The notes beneath the pieces were generated by a model that saw only the letters and a list, made by a program, of their open reading frames with translations, was not told the origin of the DNA and ran no database searches. The position numbers were made by a program, and so were the translations under genes. DNA of 64,000 nucleotides from an uncultured Acidobacteriota bacterium (lineage in GTDB: Bacteria; Acidobacteriota; Thermoanaerobaculia; UBA5066; DATFVB01). The stretch spans positions 1 through 64,000 of the forward strand of contig CAWEYG010000006.1 of NCBI GenBank assembly GCA_963813155.1, given 5' to 3'. This document shows, piece after piece, positions 9,720 to 19,835 of the stretch (the first letter of the stretch is position 1; every line of letters begins with the position of its first letter).

Positions 9720-10985
9720 GTGAGAAATCGCTTTTCGGGCCTCGCGGAATCCTTGAGCGCACCCGTCGAGAGTCCTCGTCGGAAGCCCAGGGTGTTGATC
9801 GCGACTCTTCTTCCCACTGTCGGAGGCGTGACGGTTATGGGCAACCTCGTGAAGGGGTGGCTCCGGAAACGCGGCTTCGAGCCTGTTGTTGCGTATTATC
9901 AGCCCTATTCGCTGACTCCACGACTTTCCGTCCCGTCCTTCGCACTTTTCTCGCGGAGGCCTGGATGTAGCGAGACGATCTTGGAGGGTGAAGAGTCTCA
10001 TGCGATCGGCGCGTGGCTGCCCGAGTTGGAATTCACCCACTACCTCCCCACGATGCACTGGAGATCGCTGATCGCGAGTTGCGACTTTCATCTTGCGGTG
10101 GTTGGCCATTCGCTTCCCGCACTCGCGCTTTCATTGACGCGCACTCCATTTCTCTCTTGGGCGGCGACATCCTGGGAAGGCGACCGGACGGATCGAGCCG
10201 GCGAGTTTCCTCTGATTCGTCGAGCCGTCGACCGGATGGTGGTCCGCCCGATCGCGGGAAGGTGCGAGAAGCGCGTGCTCAATTCAGGTCGAACGCTAGC
10301 GTTGAGCGACTATGCGCGGAGGGAGCTTGATCGGGCCGCTGGGCGACTGGTGGTCGCCGGTGTTCTCTCGGCGCCGATCGATACGAACTTGTTCGTGCCG
10401 CAGCCCTCGCGGGTAGAGCCGGGGCTCATTGGCCTCATCGGACGTTACGACGATGCGCGCAAGAACGCCCGCCTCTTCATTGAAACGATCGGTGCGTTGC
10501 GTCGGGGAGGCGCCGCCGTTCGCGGAGTCCTGATCGGGGGAAGACCCACCGCAGCCCTCCGACAGTACGCGAGAGAGCTCGGCGTTTCCGACGTCGTGCA
10601 GTTTCTGGAATTCGTGCCCCTGTCCCGGGTCGTGCAGATTCTTTCGACGATCGATGTGTTTCTCATTACCTCCCGGCAGGAGGGCCTCTGTATCGCTGGC
10701 CTCGAGGCGATGAGCGCGGGCACCCCTGTTGTTTCCACGCGGTGTGGCGGCCCCGAGGAATACGTCCTCGACGGAGAAACGGGCTACCTGACCGGGTTTG
10801 ATCCCGAAGAGATGGCTCCCGCGATCCGTCGGGTTGTCGAAAACCGCACGCTTCGGGCGACGCTAGCGACGGGAGCAAGGAGACTCGTCGAGTCCAGGTA
10901 TTCCTTGTCGGCGTCCGAGGCGGTATTCTGGAGAGAGTTCGAGATGACGTTCCGGACTGAAACCGAGGAGCGTCAATCCGGATGA
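9720..10985 (+). CDS. Glycosyltransferase family 4
   Basis: TSRQEGLCIAGLEAMSAGTPVVST (Ex7E motif). Start GTG 9720 is inferred. Confidence 0.85.
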   Translation: MRNRFSGLAESLSAPVESPRRKPRVLIATLLPTVGGVTVMGNLVKGWLRKRGFEPVVAYYQPYSLTPRLSVPSFALFSRRPGCSETILEGEESHAIGAWLPELEFTHYLPTMHWRSLIASCDFHLAVVGHSLPALALSLTRTPFLSWAATSWEGDRTDRAGEFPLIRRAVDRMVVRPIAGRCEKRVLNSGRTLALSDYARRELDRAAGRLVVAGVLSAPIDTNLFVPQPSRVEPGLIGLIGRYDDARKNARLFIETIGALRRGGAAVRGVLIGGRPTAALRQYARELGVSDVVQFLEFVPLSRVVQILSTIDVFLITSRQEGLCIAGLEAMSAGTPVVSTRCGGPEEYVLDGETGYLTGFDPEEMAPAIRRVVENRTLRATLATGARRLVESRYSLSASEAVFWREFEMTFRTETEERQSG

Positions 10986-11037
10986 GAGCCTGCGCCGGCG
11001 CGAGCCGGGAACTTGGCGAGCTCGATCTTGAGGCCCG

Positions 11038-11355
11038 GTGGTGAGATCAAGCGATCTTTTCGTCGAGGCGCTCGTTCTGGCGTCGGAGAGCGACAGCGCA
11101 GAGGTTTTCACCCTGGGTGGAGCGCGCGCGATCAGCCTGACTGACCTCGCGAGCCTTCTCGTTGAGATCAATCGTGGCGGCGAGGTCATCCATCGGTCGT
11201 TCCCGCCCGACCGAAAGCGAATCGACATCGGTGACTATTACGCGGATTTCGGCCGCGCGAAGAGCCTGCTCGGCTGGGAACCGCGCATATCCCTTCGCGA
11301 CGGCCTCTCGCGAACGCTCGAGTACTATCGGACGAATCTCGGGGAATACCTGTGA
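11038..11355 (+). pseudogene. C-terminal fragment of an NAD-dependent epimerase/dehydratase
   Basis: Only the C-terminal part is present (IDIGDYYADF..AKSLLGWEPRISLRDGL), with no Rossmann GxxGxxG upstream. Confidence 0.7.
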
Positions 11356-11368
11356 GAGAAAGCGAACG

Positions 11369-12103
11369 ATGATTCTCCTCAGGAAACCGGAATCCAGGGA
11401 AACACACTATCGGGGCCTTCGCATCTACGCGGCAGGCGATGTCCATCGGGGGTGTATGAAGATTGTCGAGGGGCTCGGGTTGCCGAAAGGTGCGCATGTG
11501 CTCGATCTCGGAGCGGGGGAGGGCGCTTTCTCCCAGCGGCTTGTGGACAACGGTTTTCGTGTCACCGCCGTCGACATCGCCCCGGAGCGCTTCCGGGCCG
11601 CTTGCCCGGTTCGGGCTCTCGACCTGAACGGAGATTTTCACGTTCATCTCGACGAGAAGCCGGATGCGATCACGGCAATCGAGCTCGTCGAACACCTCCA
11701 GAGCCCCAGACACTTCATCCGGGAGTGCTTGAGCCTTCTGGGAACGGGCGGGACGCTGCTGTTCACGTCGCCAAACCTGGAGTCCTGGGTCTCGCGAATT
11801 CGCTTTCTTCGATCCGGCAGGCCGGCGTAGTTCGATGAAAACGATTACGTGGAGTCCGGGCACATTTCCCCGGTTTTCACCTGGCAGGTCTCACAAGTTT
11901 GTCGAGAGGAGCAGGCCAGCGTGCGAGTGACGAATACGAAGAATGCCTCGCTCTGGAGAGGGCCCGGCGACAGCATTGCTCAACGGCTGAAGAACAAGAC
12001 CGCCTGGATGGGGCTCCTGTACCCGCTTATGCAGGGACACAAGAAGGGTAAGATCAACATGTTTCTGATTCAGAAGCGGCCGCCGGAAAGAACGGATCGA
12101 TGA
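11369..12103 (+). pseudogene. SAM-dependent methyltransferase interrupted by an in-frame TAG at 11828-11830
   Basis: VLDLGAGEG, IELVEHL, TSPN. The frame stays open after TAG (FDENDYVESGHISP) to TGA 12103, which overlaps the wzm start. Confidence 0.7.
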
Positions 12104-12944
12104 CTGCCCGGACCCAGAATGTTCCTACGATCCTCGAGATCAAGGCGTCTTCGACGGTTGGCGCGCCATCGACTTTCGGGAGCTCTGGCGCTTCCGCGAG
12201 CTCTTCTACACTCTCGTCTGGCGCGACCTGAAGGTTCGCTATCGTCAGACGCTGCTCGGCGTTCTGTGGGTCGTTGCGCAACCCGTCACGGCCATGGTCA
12301 TCTACACATTCCTGTTCAACCGCGTGGCGCATTTCCAGGCGGCCGGAGGCCTTCCCTATTCGGTGTACGTCTTTGCAGCGCTCCTGCCCTGGAACTTCTT
12401 CAACGCCGGCGTGTCGAACTCCGGCAACAGCCTGCTCGGAAGCTCGCATCTCATCTCGAAGGTCTATTTTCCGAGGCTCATCGTCCCGATCGCGGCGGTC
12501 CTGACGGGAATTGCGGACATGCTCGTGGCGGGCGGGCTTCTGGCGGTCCTCATGGTCTACCACCGGATTGTCCCGGGCCCGGCGGTGGCTCTCCTCGTGC
12601 TGCCGATCGCGATTGCGCTCGCGCTGGCGGCCGGTATGGGGCTGTGGTTGTCCGCGCTCAACGTGGAGTACCGGGACTTTCGCGTGGTCGTCCCGTTCGT
12701 GCTGCAGATCTGGACCTACGCGACGCCGGTCGCCTACCCTCTCTCGGTTCTGCCGGAGCGATTCCGTCGCGTTGCGGCCTGGAACCCCATGACCGGTGTC
12801 GTGGAGGCCTTTCGGGCTTGCGTGTTTGGTCTTTCGATTCCGTGGGGTCTGCTGGCGATTTCGGCGGCCGAGGCTGCGGCGGTGCTCGTTTCGGGGGCTT
12901 TTTATTTCCGGCGCATGGAACGCCAGTTCGCGGACGTGATTTGA
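12100..12944 (+). CDS. wzm: ABC-2 polysaccharide exporter permease (Wzm), frameshift near the 5' end
   Basis: ELWRFRELFYTLVWRDLKVRYRQTLLG, LISKVYFPR, YATPVAYP, NPMTGVVEAFR, FADVI. Confidence 0.9.
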
Positions 12945-12945
12945 C

Positions 12946-14217
12946 ATGAACGCGATCGAAGTCCAAGGTCTCTCGAAGCGTTATCGCATTACCGAAGCGA
13001 GGGAACGCGGCTACAAGACCCTCCGCGACAGCGTAGCGGCGCTCTTCTCGCGGCGGGCGTGGAAACGCGAACGGAAAGAGGACGTGTGGGCGCTTCGCGA
13101 TGTGTCTTTCGATGTCAAGGAGGGCGAGGCTTTCGGAATCATCGGCGCGAACGGGGCAGGCAAATCGACGCTTCTCAAGATCCTGTCCCGGATCACGGAA
13201 CCGACATCCGGACGGGCGCAAATTCGTGGCCGTGTCGCCTCCCTTCTCGAGGTCGGCACCGGGTTCCACCCGGAGCTGACCGGAAGGGAGAACGTGTTCT
13301 TGAACGGGGCCATCCTCGGGATGCCGCGCTCCGAGATCCGGCGGAAGTTCGATGAAATCGTTGCCTTTGCGGAAGTCGAGAAGTTCATCGACACGCCCGT
13401 CAAGCGCTACTCGTCTGGAATGTACGTCCGGCTCGCTTTTGCGGTCGCAGCTCACCTCGACCCCGAGATCCTGCTCGTAGACGAAGTGCTGGCGGTCGGC
13501 GACGTCGGCTTTCAGCGCAAGTGCTTGGAAAAAATGGGCGAAGAGTCCCGAGAGGGCCGTACTGTGCTTTTCGTCTCGCACAACATGCAGGCGATCCGCT
13601 CTTTGTGCCGTGAAGCGATGTGGATCGATCGAGGGGGCGTGACTCTGCGTGGCGCGGGCGGCGAGGTCGTCGACTCGTATCTCGTGTCGCAGCGGGACGC
13701 GGCGAGCGGGGCGGAGATTGCTTCGCAGATCACCGAGCTCGCCGAGGATCCCGTGTTCCGGCTTATGGGTGCGCAGATCGTTCAAGGCGAGGAATCTACT
13801 TTGTCGGTCTTCAACGGGACTCCGATCGGCTTTGAGATGACCTACGAGGTCTCTTCCAGAACGTACGGTCTACACGTTTACATAAGAGTCTACGATTCCG
13901 ACGGCGTTCTGTTGTTCGAGAGCTTACACAACGGTGACTCGGAAGAAGCCCCTGTGGTGGAAACGGGCGCCTACGTGTCAAGGGTTGTCGTCCCCGCAGA
14001 TTTTCTTGTTCCCGGAGACTACGTCACCGAATTCAACGCGGGAACGATGGGGGGTCGGTTCCTGATGTCGAAAGCCGTTCGTGTGAGAATGCACGTGGCT
14101 GCAAATGGTCGAGTGAATCAGGCGTACACAGGCTACGGATTCCGCGGGAAGGTCGCGCCGCTGCTCCGCTGGGAGACCGAGCTCCTTGGTAGCCCGGCGG
14201 CGGTTGGAGAGAAGTGA
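12946..14217 (+). CDS. wzt: ABC exporter ATP-binding protein (Wzt) with C-terminal extension
   Basis: GANGAGKST, LEVGTGFHPELTGREN, YSSGM, DEVLAVGD, VSH, plus about 170 aa of C-terminal domain. Confidence 0.92.
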   Translation: MNAIEVQGLSKRYRITEARERGYKTLRDSVAALFSRRAWKRERKEDVWALRDVSFDVKEGEAFGIIGANGAGKSTLLKILSRITEPTSGRAQIRGRVASLLEVGTGFHPELTGRENVFLNGAILGMPRSEIRRKFDEIVAFAEVEKFIDTPVKRYSSGMYVRLAFAVAAHLDPEILLVDEVLAVGDVGFQRKCLEKMGEESREGRTVLFVSHNMQAIRSLCREAMWIDRGGVTLRGAGGEVVDSYLVSQRDAASGAEIASQITELAEDPVFRLMGAQIVQGEESTLSVFNGTPIGFEMTYEVSSRTYGLHVYIRVYDSDGVLLFESLHNGDSEEAPVVETGAYVSRVVVPADFLVPGDYVTEFNAGTMGGRFLMSKAVRVRMHVAANGRVNQAYTGYGFRGKVAPLLRWETELLGSPAAVGEK

Positions 14218-15446
14218 TGGCAATCGCCTGCCGGATGTGCAAGAGCCGAAAGCTGACGGAATTCCTGAACCTTGGCTTCACGCCGCCCGCGGACTCCTTC
14301 CTCCGGCCCGATCAGCTTCAGGAGCCCGAGACCTACTACCCGCTGAACGTTCTTCTCTGCGAGGAGTGCGGCCTCGCGCAGCTCGGACATGTCGTGTCGC
14401 CGGAGGTTCTCTACCGCCACGACTATCCCTACGAGGCCTCGATTACGGCCACCGGTCACCGGCACTGGGCGGAATTTGCGGAGACTGTCGCAAAGAGATT
14501 CCCGGCGAAGGGTGGCCTCGCCGTGGATATCGGGAGCAATGTCGGCGTGCTGCTTCGCGAGTTTCAAAAGCAGGGGTTCCGGATCCTCGGAATCGATCCC
14601 GCGAGCAATATCGTGCGTATCGCGGAACGGAACGGCATCGAGACGCTGGACGAGCTTTTCAGCCCGGACGTTGCGCGACGCGTCGCCTCCGCAAAAGGGC
14701 GGGCGAGCGTCATCACGGCGACGAACGTCTTCGCGCACGTCGATGATCTGGACCGTTTCATGGAGGGCATCGATCAACTCCTCGATGAGGACGGGGCCTT
14801 CGTCATCGAGGCGCCATATTTCGTCAACCTCCTGGAGGCGTGCGAGTTCGATACGATCTACCACGAGCATCTTTCGTACCTCTCGGTCTCCCCTCTGGAA
14901 CGGTATTTCCGGGGAATGGGGTTCGAGCTGTTCGACGTTCTCCAGCGCGACATTCACGGAGGATCGATCCGACTCTTCGTCAGCCGGGCTGCTCGCCGCG
15001 AAATCTCGCCCTCCGTCAATCTCGCGGTCGAAAGCGAAAAGAAGGCGGGAGCCCGAAGTCTCGAGCGTCTGGGAAGATTTGCCGAGGAAGTCGCCCGAAC
15101 CCGCCGCGAACTCAACTGGCTTCTCGCGGAGCTGAAGCACGATGGCCGGCGCGTGGCGGGAATCGGTGCGCCAGCGAAGGGGATGTCTCTGCTGAACTAT
15201 TGTCGAATCGGGCCGGACGTATTGGAATTCGTCACGGAGAAGTCCACGCTCAAGATCGGGCGCGTCACGCCGGGTACACACATTCCGGTGTTGCCGGACA
15301 GCGAGCTCGTCAGCCAGGGGATTGAATTCGGTCTCTTGCTCGCCTGGAATTTTGCGGACGAGATCATGGGAAATCTCGGCGACTTTCGACGCGCGGGCGG
15401 AAAGTTCATCGTTCCCATCCCGCACCCGACAATCATTGGCGGCTGA
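14214..15446 (+). CDS. NDP-sugar C-methyltransferase-like protein (Zn-binding N-terminus)
   Basis: CRMC...YPLNVLLCEECGLAQL, DIGSN, NVFAHVDD, FDTIYHEHLSY, HGGSIR, GAPAKG, LLAWNF. Confidence 0.88.
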   Translation: MMAIACRMCKSRKLTEFLNLGFTPPADSFLRPDQLQEPETYYPLNVLLCEECGLAQLGHVVSPEVLYRHDYPYEASITATGHRHWAEFAETVAKRFPAKGGLAVDIGSNVGVLLREFQKQGFRILGIDPASNIVRIAERNGIETLDELFSPDVARRVASAKGRASVITATNVFAHVDDLDRFMEGIDQLLDEDGAFVIEAPYFVNLLEACEFDTIYHEHLSYLSVSPLERYFRGMGFELFDVLQRDIHGGSIRLFVSRAARREISPSVNLAVESEKKAGARSLERLGRFAEEVARTRRELNWLLAELKHDGRRVAGIGAPAKGMSLLNYCRIGPDVLEFVTEKSTLKIGRVTPGTHIPVLPDSELVSQGIEFGLLLAWNFADEIMGNLGDFRRAGGKFIVPIPHPTIIGG

Positions 15447-15483
15447 CGTGGGCAAAACCCCCGAATAACGAAAGGAGACACGA

Positions 15484-15876
15484 GTGGAAGTGACCAGGAT
15501 CGCGGCGGCGTTCGCGGACGCTCGCGGCAGTATCAAGGACATCCTCATGAGAGAGCCGATCGACGCGGTGACGATCATTGAAAACGCTGCGGGCGCGGTT
15601 CGCGGAAATCATTACCACAAGGATACGACCCAGTGGCTCTATCTCCTCTCGGGTCGCATCATTGTTGCAGCGCAGCGTCCCGGGGGACCGAAGGAAGAGC
15701 GAGAAATGACGGCTGGCGAAATGGTGCGCCACGATCCGCTAGAGGCTCATTCGACTCGCGCGGTGGAGCCCTCGGTATTCCTGGTGCTGACCCGCGGACC
15801 GCGATCGGGCGACGAATACGAGTCGGACGTGTATCGACTGACAATTCCGCTGCTCGCTTCTTCAGGCAAGGCGTGA
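15484..15876 (+). CDS. Cupin-fold protein (sugar isomerase/epimerase-like)
   Basis: FADARG..VRGNHYHK..H cupin motif. Confidence 0.75.
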   Translation: MEVTRIAAAFADARGSIKDILMREPIDAVTIIENAAGAVRGNHYHKDTTQWLYLLSGRIIVAAQRPGGPKEEREMTAGEMVRHDPLEAHSTRAVEPSVFLVLTRGPRSGDEYESDVYRLTIPLLASSGKA

Positions 15877-17000
15877 ATACAAACGGACTGCATCTCGTTC
15901 CGGTCAATGAGCCTCTTCTTGGAGGGAACGTCGAAAAATATGTACAAGAGTGTCTGGCTTCCGGTTGGATCTCTTCCGAAGGGAAGTTCCTTTCCGAGTT
16001 CGAACAGCGATGGGCCGAATATTGTGGGGCGAAGTTCGGCGTCGCGGTGTCGAGCGGCACGGCGGCGCTGGAAATCACCCTTCGAGCCCTCGAGCTGAAG
16101 CCCGGCGACGAAGTCATCCTTCCGTCCTTCACGATCATTTCATGCGTCCTGGCGATTCTGGAGGCGGGGGCGACTCCCGTCCTCGTCGACAGCGATCCAT
16201 CGACGTGGTGTCTCGACGTTGACCAAGTGCGATCGCGGATCACGAACCGAACCCGCGCGATCATGCCGGTCCACATGTACGGGCACCCGGCGGAGATGAG
16301 CCCACTACTGGAAATGGCGTCGAGGTTTGGCCTGGACATCGTGGAGGACGCAGCGGAGGCGCACGGCGCCGAGTACCGCGGCCGGCGCGTCGGGGGGTTA
16401 GGTCGGTTTGGGTGCTTTAGCTTCTACGCAAACAAGATCATCACCACCGGGGAGGGCGGCATGGTGCTCTGTTCTACCGAGGCTGACGCCGAACGCCTTC
16501 GGACCTTCAGGAACCTGTGTTTCCGCAAGGAGCGCCGGTTCTGGCATACCGAGCTCGGACACAATTTCCGAATGACGAACCTTCAGGCGGCTGTCGGTCT
16601 GGCGCAGAGCGAACAGGTCGAGGAACACCTGCGCAGGAAGCGGACGATGGCCGGGTTCTACTCCGATCGCCTGAGCGGGCTACCGGGATTGAAACTTCCC
16701 GTCGAGCTGCCACACGTGCGAAACGTCTACTGGATGTATGGCCTCGTTCTGGCCGATTCTGTCCCGTTCGACGCTGTCGAGGCTGCGAGTCGCCTTCGCA
16801 AGCTTGGAGTGGAGACGAGGCCGTTCTTTCTCGGGATGCACGAGCAGCCCGTTCTTCTCGAGAGAGGGCTTTTTCGCGGGGAGCAGTATCCGGTCGCGGA
16901 ACAGCTGGCTCGGCGCGGGTTCTACCTTCCGAGCGGCCTGGCGCTCACGGAAGGTCAGATGGCGCGTGTCTGCGATGCCGTTCAGAAAGTCTTTCAGTGA
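15873..17000 (+). CDS. DegT/DnrJ-family PLP aminotransferase (perosamine-synthase-like)
   Basis: GWISSEG, SSGTAAL, PVHMYGHP, EDAAEAHG, SFYANKIITTGEGGM, NFRMTNLQAA, YLPSG. Confidence 0.92.
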   Translation: MNTNGLHLVPVNEPLLGGNVEKYVQECLASGWISSEGKFLSEFEQRWAEYCGAKFGVAVSSGTAALEITLRALELKPGDEVILPSFTIISCVLAILEAGATPVLVDSDPSTWCLDVDQVRSRITNRTRAIMPVHMYGHPAEMSPLLEMASRFGLDIVEDAAEAHGAEYRGRRVGGLGRFGCFSFYANKIITTGEGGMVLCSTEADAERLRTFRNLCFRKERRFWHTELGHNFRMTNLQAAVGLAQSEQVEEHLRRKRTMAGFYSDRLSGLPGLKLPVELPHVRNVYWMYGLVLADSVPFDAVEAASRLRKLGVETRPFFLGMHEQPVLLERGLFRGEQYPVAEQLARRGFYLPSGLALTEGQMARVCDAVQKVFQ

Positions 17001-17764
17001 GCTCTCCGCTGTTTTCGGGCGTGTATGCGTCGGCCTATGACTCGCTCTACGAAGTGAAGGACTATCCGGCGGAGTGCGACCTGCTCGAAGAGGCGTTTCG
17101 CCGGCACGGTGACTCGGGTGTTCATTCCGTCGTGGATCTCGGGTGCGGGACCGGGTCGCACGCAATCCTGCTCGCCGAACGGGGCTACCGGGTGGTCGGA
17201 GTGGACCAGTCTCCGGAGATGCTCCGAATCGCGGATTCGAAATCGAGGTCGCGTGGCTTCGAGATCGAATGGGTGACAGGCGACCTGAAGACCGTGAACC
17301 TCGGAGAGGTCTTCGACGCCGCGATCTTGATGTTTGCGGTTCTCGGCTACTTCACATCCGACGATAAGGCGGCGGCGGCCTTTGCTAACGTCGCGCGGCA
17401 CGTCCGGCCCGGCGGCATGTTGTGTTTCGACGTGTGGCACGGTCCTGCGGTCCAGGCGCAGGGTGTGCACGTTCGATCCAGGACGGTCACGGGGGCGGAC
17501 GGCCCACTGACGCGCACGACCTCGGCGCGTCTTTTAGCCAAAGAGAACGTCTGCGAGGTTCACTTCGATGTGACCTCCGAGGCTTCGAACTCGTTGGCGT
17601 CCCGCGAGACCCATCGGGTGCGCTATTTCTTTCGCGACGAAATCGAGCGGTTGCTGGCCGGTGCCGGGTTCGAGATGGTTTCCTTCAGTGCGTTCCCGGA
17701 GCTCGACCGGCAGCCGCAGCCTTCCGATTGGTACGCGTTCTGCGTCGGACAACGGATGGCATGA
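16997..17764 (+). CDS. Class I SAM-dependent methyltransferase
   Basis: YDSLYEVKDY..E, VDLGCGTGSHA, FDVWHGPAV. Confidence 0.85.
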   Translation: MSSPLFSGVYASAYDSLYEVKDYPAECDLLEEAFRRHGDSGVHSVVDLGCGTGSHAILLAERGYRVVGVDQSPEMLRIADSKSRSRGFEIEWVTGDLKTVNLGEVFDAAILMFAVLGYFTSDDKAAAAFANVARHVRPGGMLCFDVWHGPAVQAQGVHVRSRTVTGADGPLTRTTSARLLAKENVCEVHFDVTSEASNSLASRETHRVRYFFRDEIERLLAGAGFEMVSFSAFPELDRQPQPSDWYAFCVGQRMA

Positions 17765-18978
17765 AATTGACATTCAGACCTCCCGCAACCCAAAGTAAGC
17801 GCCTTCGGCTGATCATTGGTCCCGAAAACCAGGATTGGATTTTGGGTAAGTTCGCTCGAAAATTGCAAGAATTCCTGCCGGAACATGGCTTTTCTTGTGA
17901 AATCGGGACGGAGCCCGATCCGGACGCCGCGGTCAACTACTGGCTTTTGTTTTCCGAGGCGTGGGGCGCTCACTTTCGCGCACCCGGGTTCTATTCGGGC
18001 GGATACCGAATCGGATCCTCCGAAAGCCGACATTGTGTTCTTGTTACTCATATCGACGACTCCCTCAAGGAGAAGGTGACACGTGAACTGTTCGACAGGG
18101 GGCTTGACCTGGCGATATGCCTTTCGCGCCAAACTGCGGAGTGGCTCGCCACGAAGGGTCTCGACCGGGAGCGGCTGTGTTTCGTTGTTCCAGGGGTCGA
18201 TGATAGTGCCGGTCCGCGACGCGTCGTCATTGGAATCACCTCTCGGGTTTATGCGGACGGGCGGAAGCGTGAAAGCCTCCTTGTGGACTTAGCGCACCGC
18301 GTCCGGTTGGACGATTTTCACTTTGAAATTTACGGGAGCGGGTGGGAACGGATCGTTCCGGTCCTGGAAACCGCCGGTGCGACGGTCCGGTACGAGGGGG
18401 ACAGCGGCGATGCGTCGAGAGACTACCCAGTGCTCGCGGAGCGCGTCAAGCATTTCGATTACTACCTTTACACCGGTCTCGACGAGGGGTCAATGGGGAC
18501 CCTCGATGCCTGGGCTGCTGGGGTAAAAACGATAGTCACGCCTCAGGGATTTCACCTCGATATCCCGGGAGGCATCACTCATCCTTTCGAATCTGCGAAG
18601 GAATTGGAGGCGATTGTCCGGCGCATCGCACGGGAGAGGCAAGGACTTGTCGCAAGAGCCCGGGAGCGCTCCTGGGATCGTTACGCCGCTGAACACGCAG
18701 AGATCTGGCGCTCACGCATCGAAGGCAACGCAACGCCCGCGCGATACGCAACTCGTGACGGCGTGCCGCCCGACGGTATCCTGCCCGATCGGGGTGTGCG
18801 GCGGCGAGCATCGTTCGTGCTCCAGTCGCTGCGGAGCAATAGCCTGCCGACGTATCGTGAAAGTCTGCGCTTTCGATTGCGCGGAATTTATTCCCGAATC
18901 AAGCAGGCATTCGTCGGAGGCCCGGCGCCGACGAGTGCCGAGTCAGCAGATAGCTGCCCGCCAGAGCGAGCCGACTGA
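17761..18978 (+). CDS. Putative GT-B glycosyltransferase-like protein
   Basis: Long intact ORF with ITSRVYADGRK..E and DEGSMGTLDAWAAG (divergent GT4-like C-terminal motif). Confidence 0.55.
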   Translation: MKLTFRPPATQSKRLRLIIGPENQDWILGKFARKLQEFLPEHGFSCEIGTEPDPDAAVNYWLLFSEAWGAHFRAPGFYSGGYRIGSSESRHCVLVTHIDDSLKEKVTRELFDRGLDLAICLSRQTAEWLATKGLDRERLCFVVPGVDDSAGPRRVVIGITSRVYADGRKRESLLVDLAHRVRLDDFHFEIYGSGWERIVPVLETAGATVRYEGDSGDASRDYPVLAERVKHFDYYLYTGLDEGSMGTLDAWAAGVKTIVTPQGFHLDIPGGITHPFESAKELEAIVRRIARERQGLVARARERSWDRYAAEHAEIWRSRIEGNATPARYATRDGVPPDGILPDRGVRRRASFVLQSLRSNSLPTYRESLRFRLRGIYSRIKQAFVGGPAPTSAESADSCPPERAD

Positions 18979-19835
18979 TGCCGAGCGCTAAGGCGGTGAT
19001 CAAGAAAGTATTGGCGATGCTTGGATACGAGCTCCGACGCCTTTCCGGCCAGCCGGCGATGCTGCCGGTGCAAACAGAAAACTTTGCCAACTTGGCGCTA
19101 GCCTATGAGATGCGCCTGAACGACGATGAAAACCTCATCTGTGAGAACGCCAATCGGCCACGATTGCTCGCGCGTTTGTCGGGCACGCCGCCCTCGGAAG
19201 CGTACTTCCTCATCCAGGCTCTGCTCAGGACGAGAGATATCCCGGGCGACGTGTGCGAATTTGGCGTGGCCCAGGGGGAGACTTCGGCGCTTATCGCGAA
19301 TGAGATCGCGTCCTCGGGGAGCAAGCGCCTGCATTTGTTCGACTCGTTCGAGGGTTTGCCAAAGCCATCGGAAAAAGACCGGTTGAAGGACGATCTCTTC
19401 GACTTGGGGAGCATCGAGGCGTATGCGGGCACGATGTCATTTCCGGAGGCCTGGGTCCGTGGTCGCCTGGACGCGCTTGGGTTTCCGGCATCGCGGTACG
19501 AGATTCACAAGGGTTGGATCGAGAGGGTGCTCGACGAAGACAAGGTCGTCCCGAAGTCGGTGAGTTTCGCTTACGTCGATTTCGACTTTTACGAGCCAAT
19601 CCGGGCCGCGCTGCGGTTTATCCATGATACGGCGTCGAGAGGCGCAGTTATCATCGTGGACGATTACGATTTTTTTTCAACCGGGGCAAAAAGCGCGGTC
19701 GACGAATTTCTCGAGGAGACCGGAGGGCACGGAGCCGCATACGATATTTTCGTGCCTGATCCCCGTTATGGCCATTTCGCGGTGCTTACGCGAAAGGGTA
19801 GTTTTGGAGCGTTCGCTGGAATCAGCGTGAAATGA
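18978..19835 (+). CDS. TylF/MycF-family O-methyltransferase
   Basis: PGDVCEFGVAQG, LFDSFEGLP, HKGW, VDFDFYEP, IIVDDY. Confidence 0.88.
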   Translation: MPSAKAVIKKVLAMLGYELRRLSGQPAMLPVQTENFANLALAYEMRLNDDENLICENANRPRLLARLSGTPPSEAYFLIQALLRTRDIPGDVCEFGVAQGETSALIANEIASSGSKRLHLFDSFEGLPKPSEKDRLKDDLFDLGSIEAYAGTMSFPEAWVRGRLDALGFPASRYEIHKGWIERVLDEDKVVPKSVSFAYVDFDFYEPIRAALRFIHDTASRGAVIIVDDYDFFSTGAKSAVDEFLEETGGHGAAYDIFVPDPRYGHFAVLTRKGSFGAFAGISVK

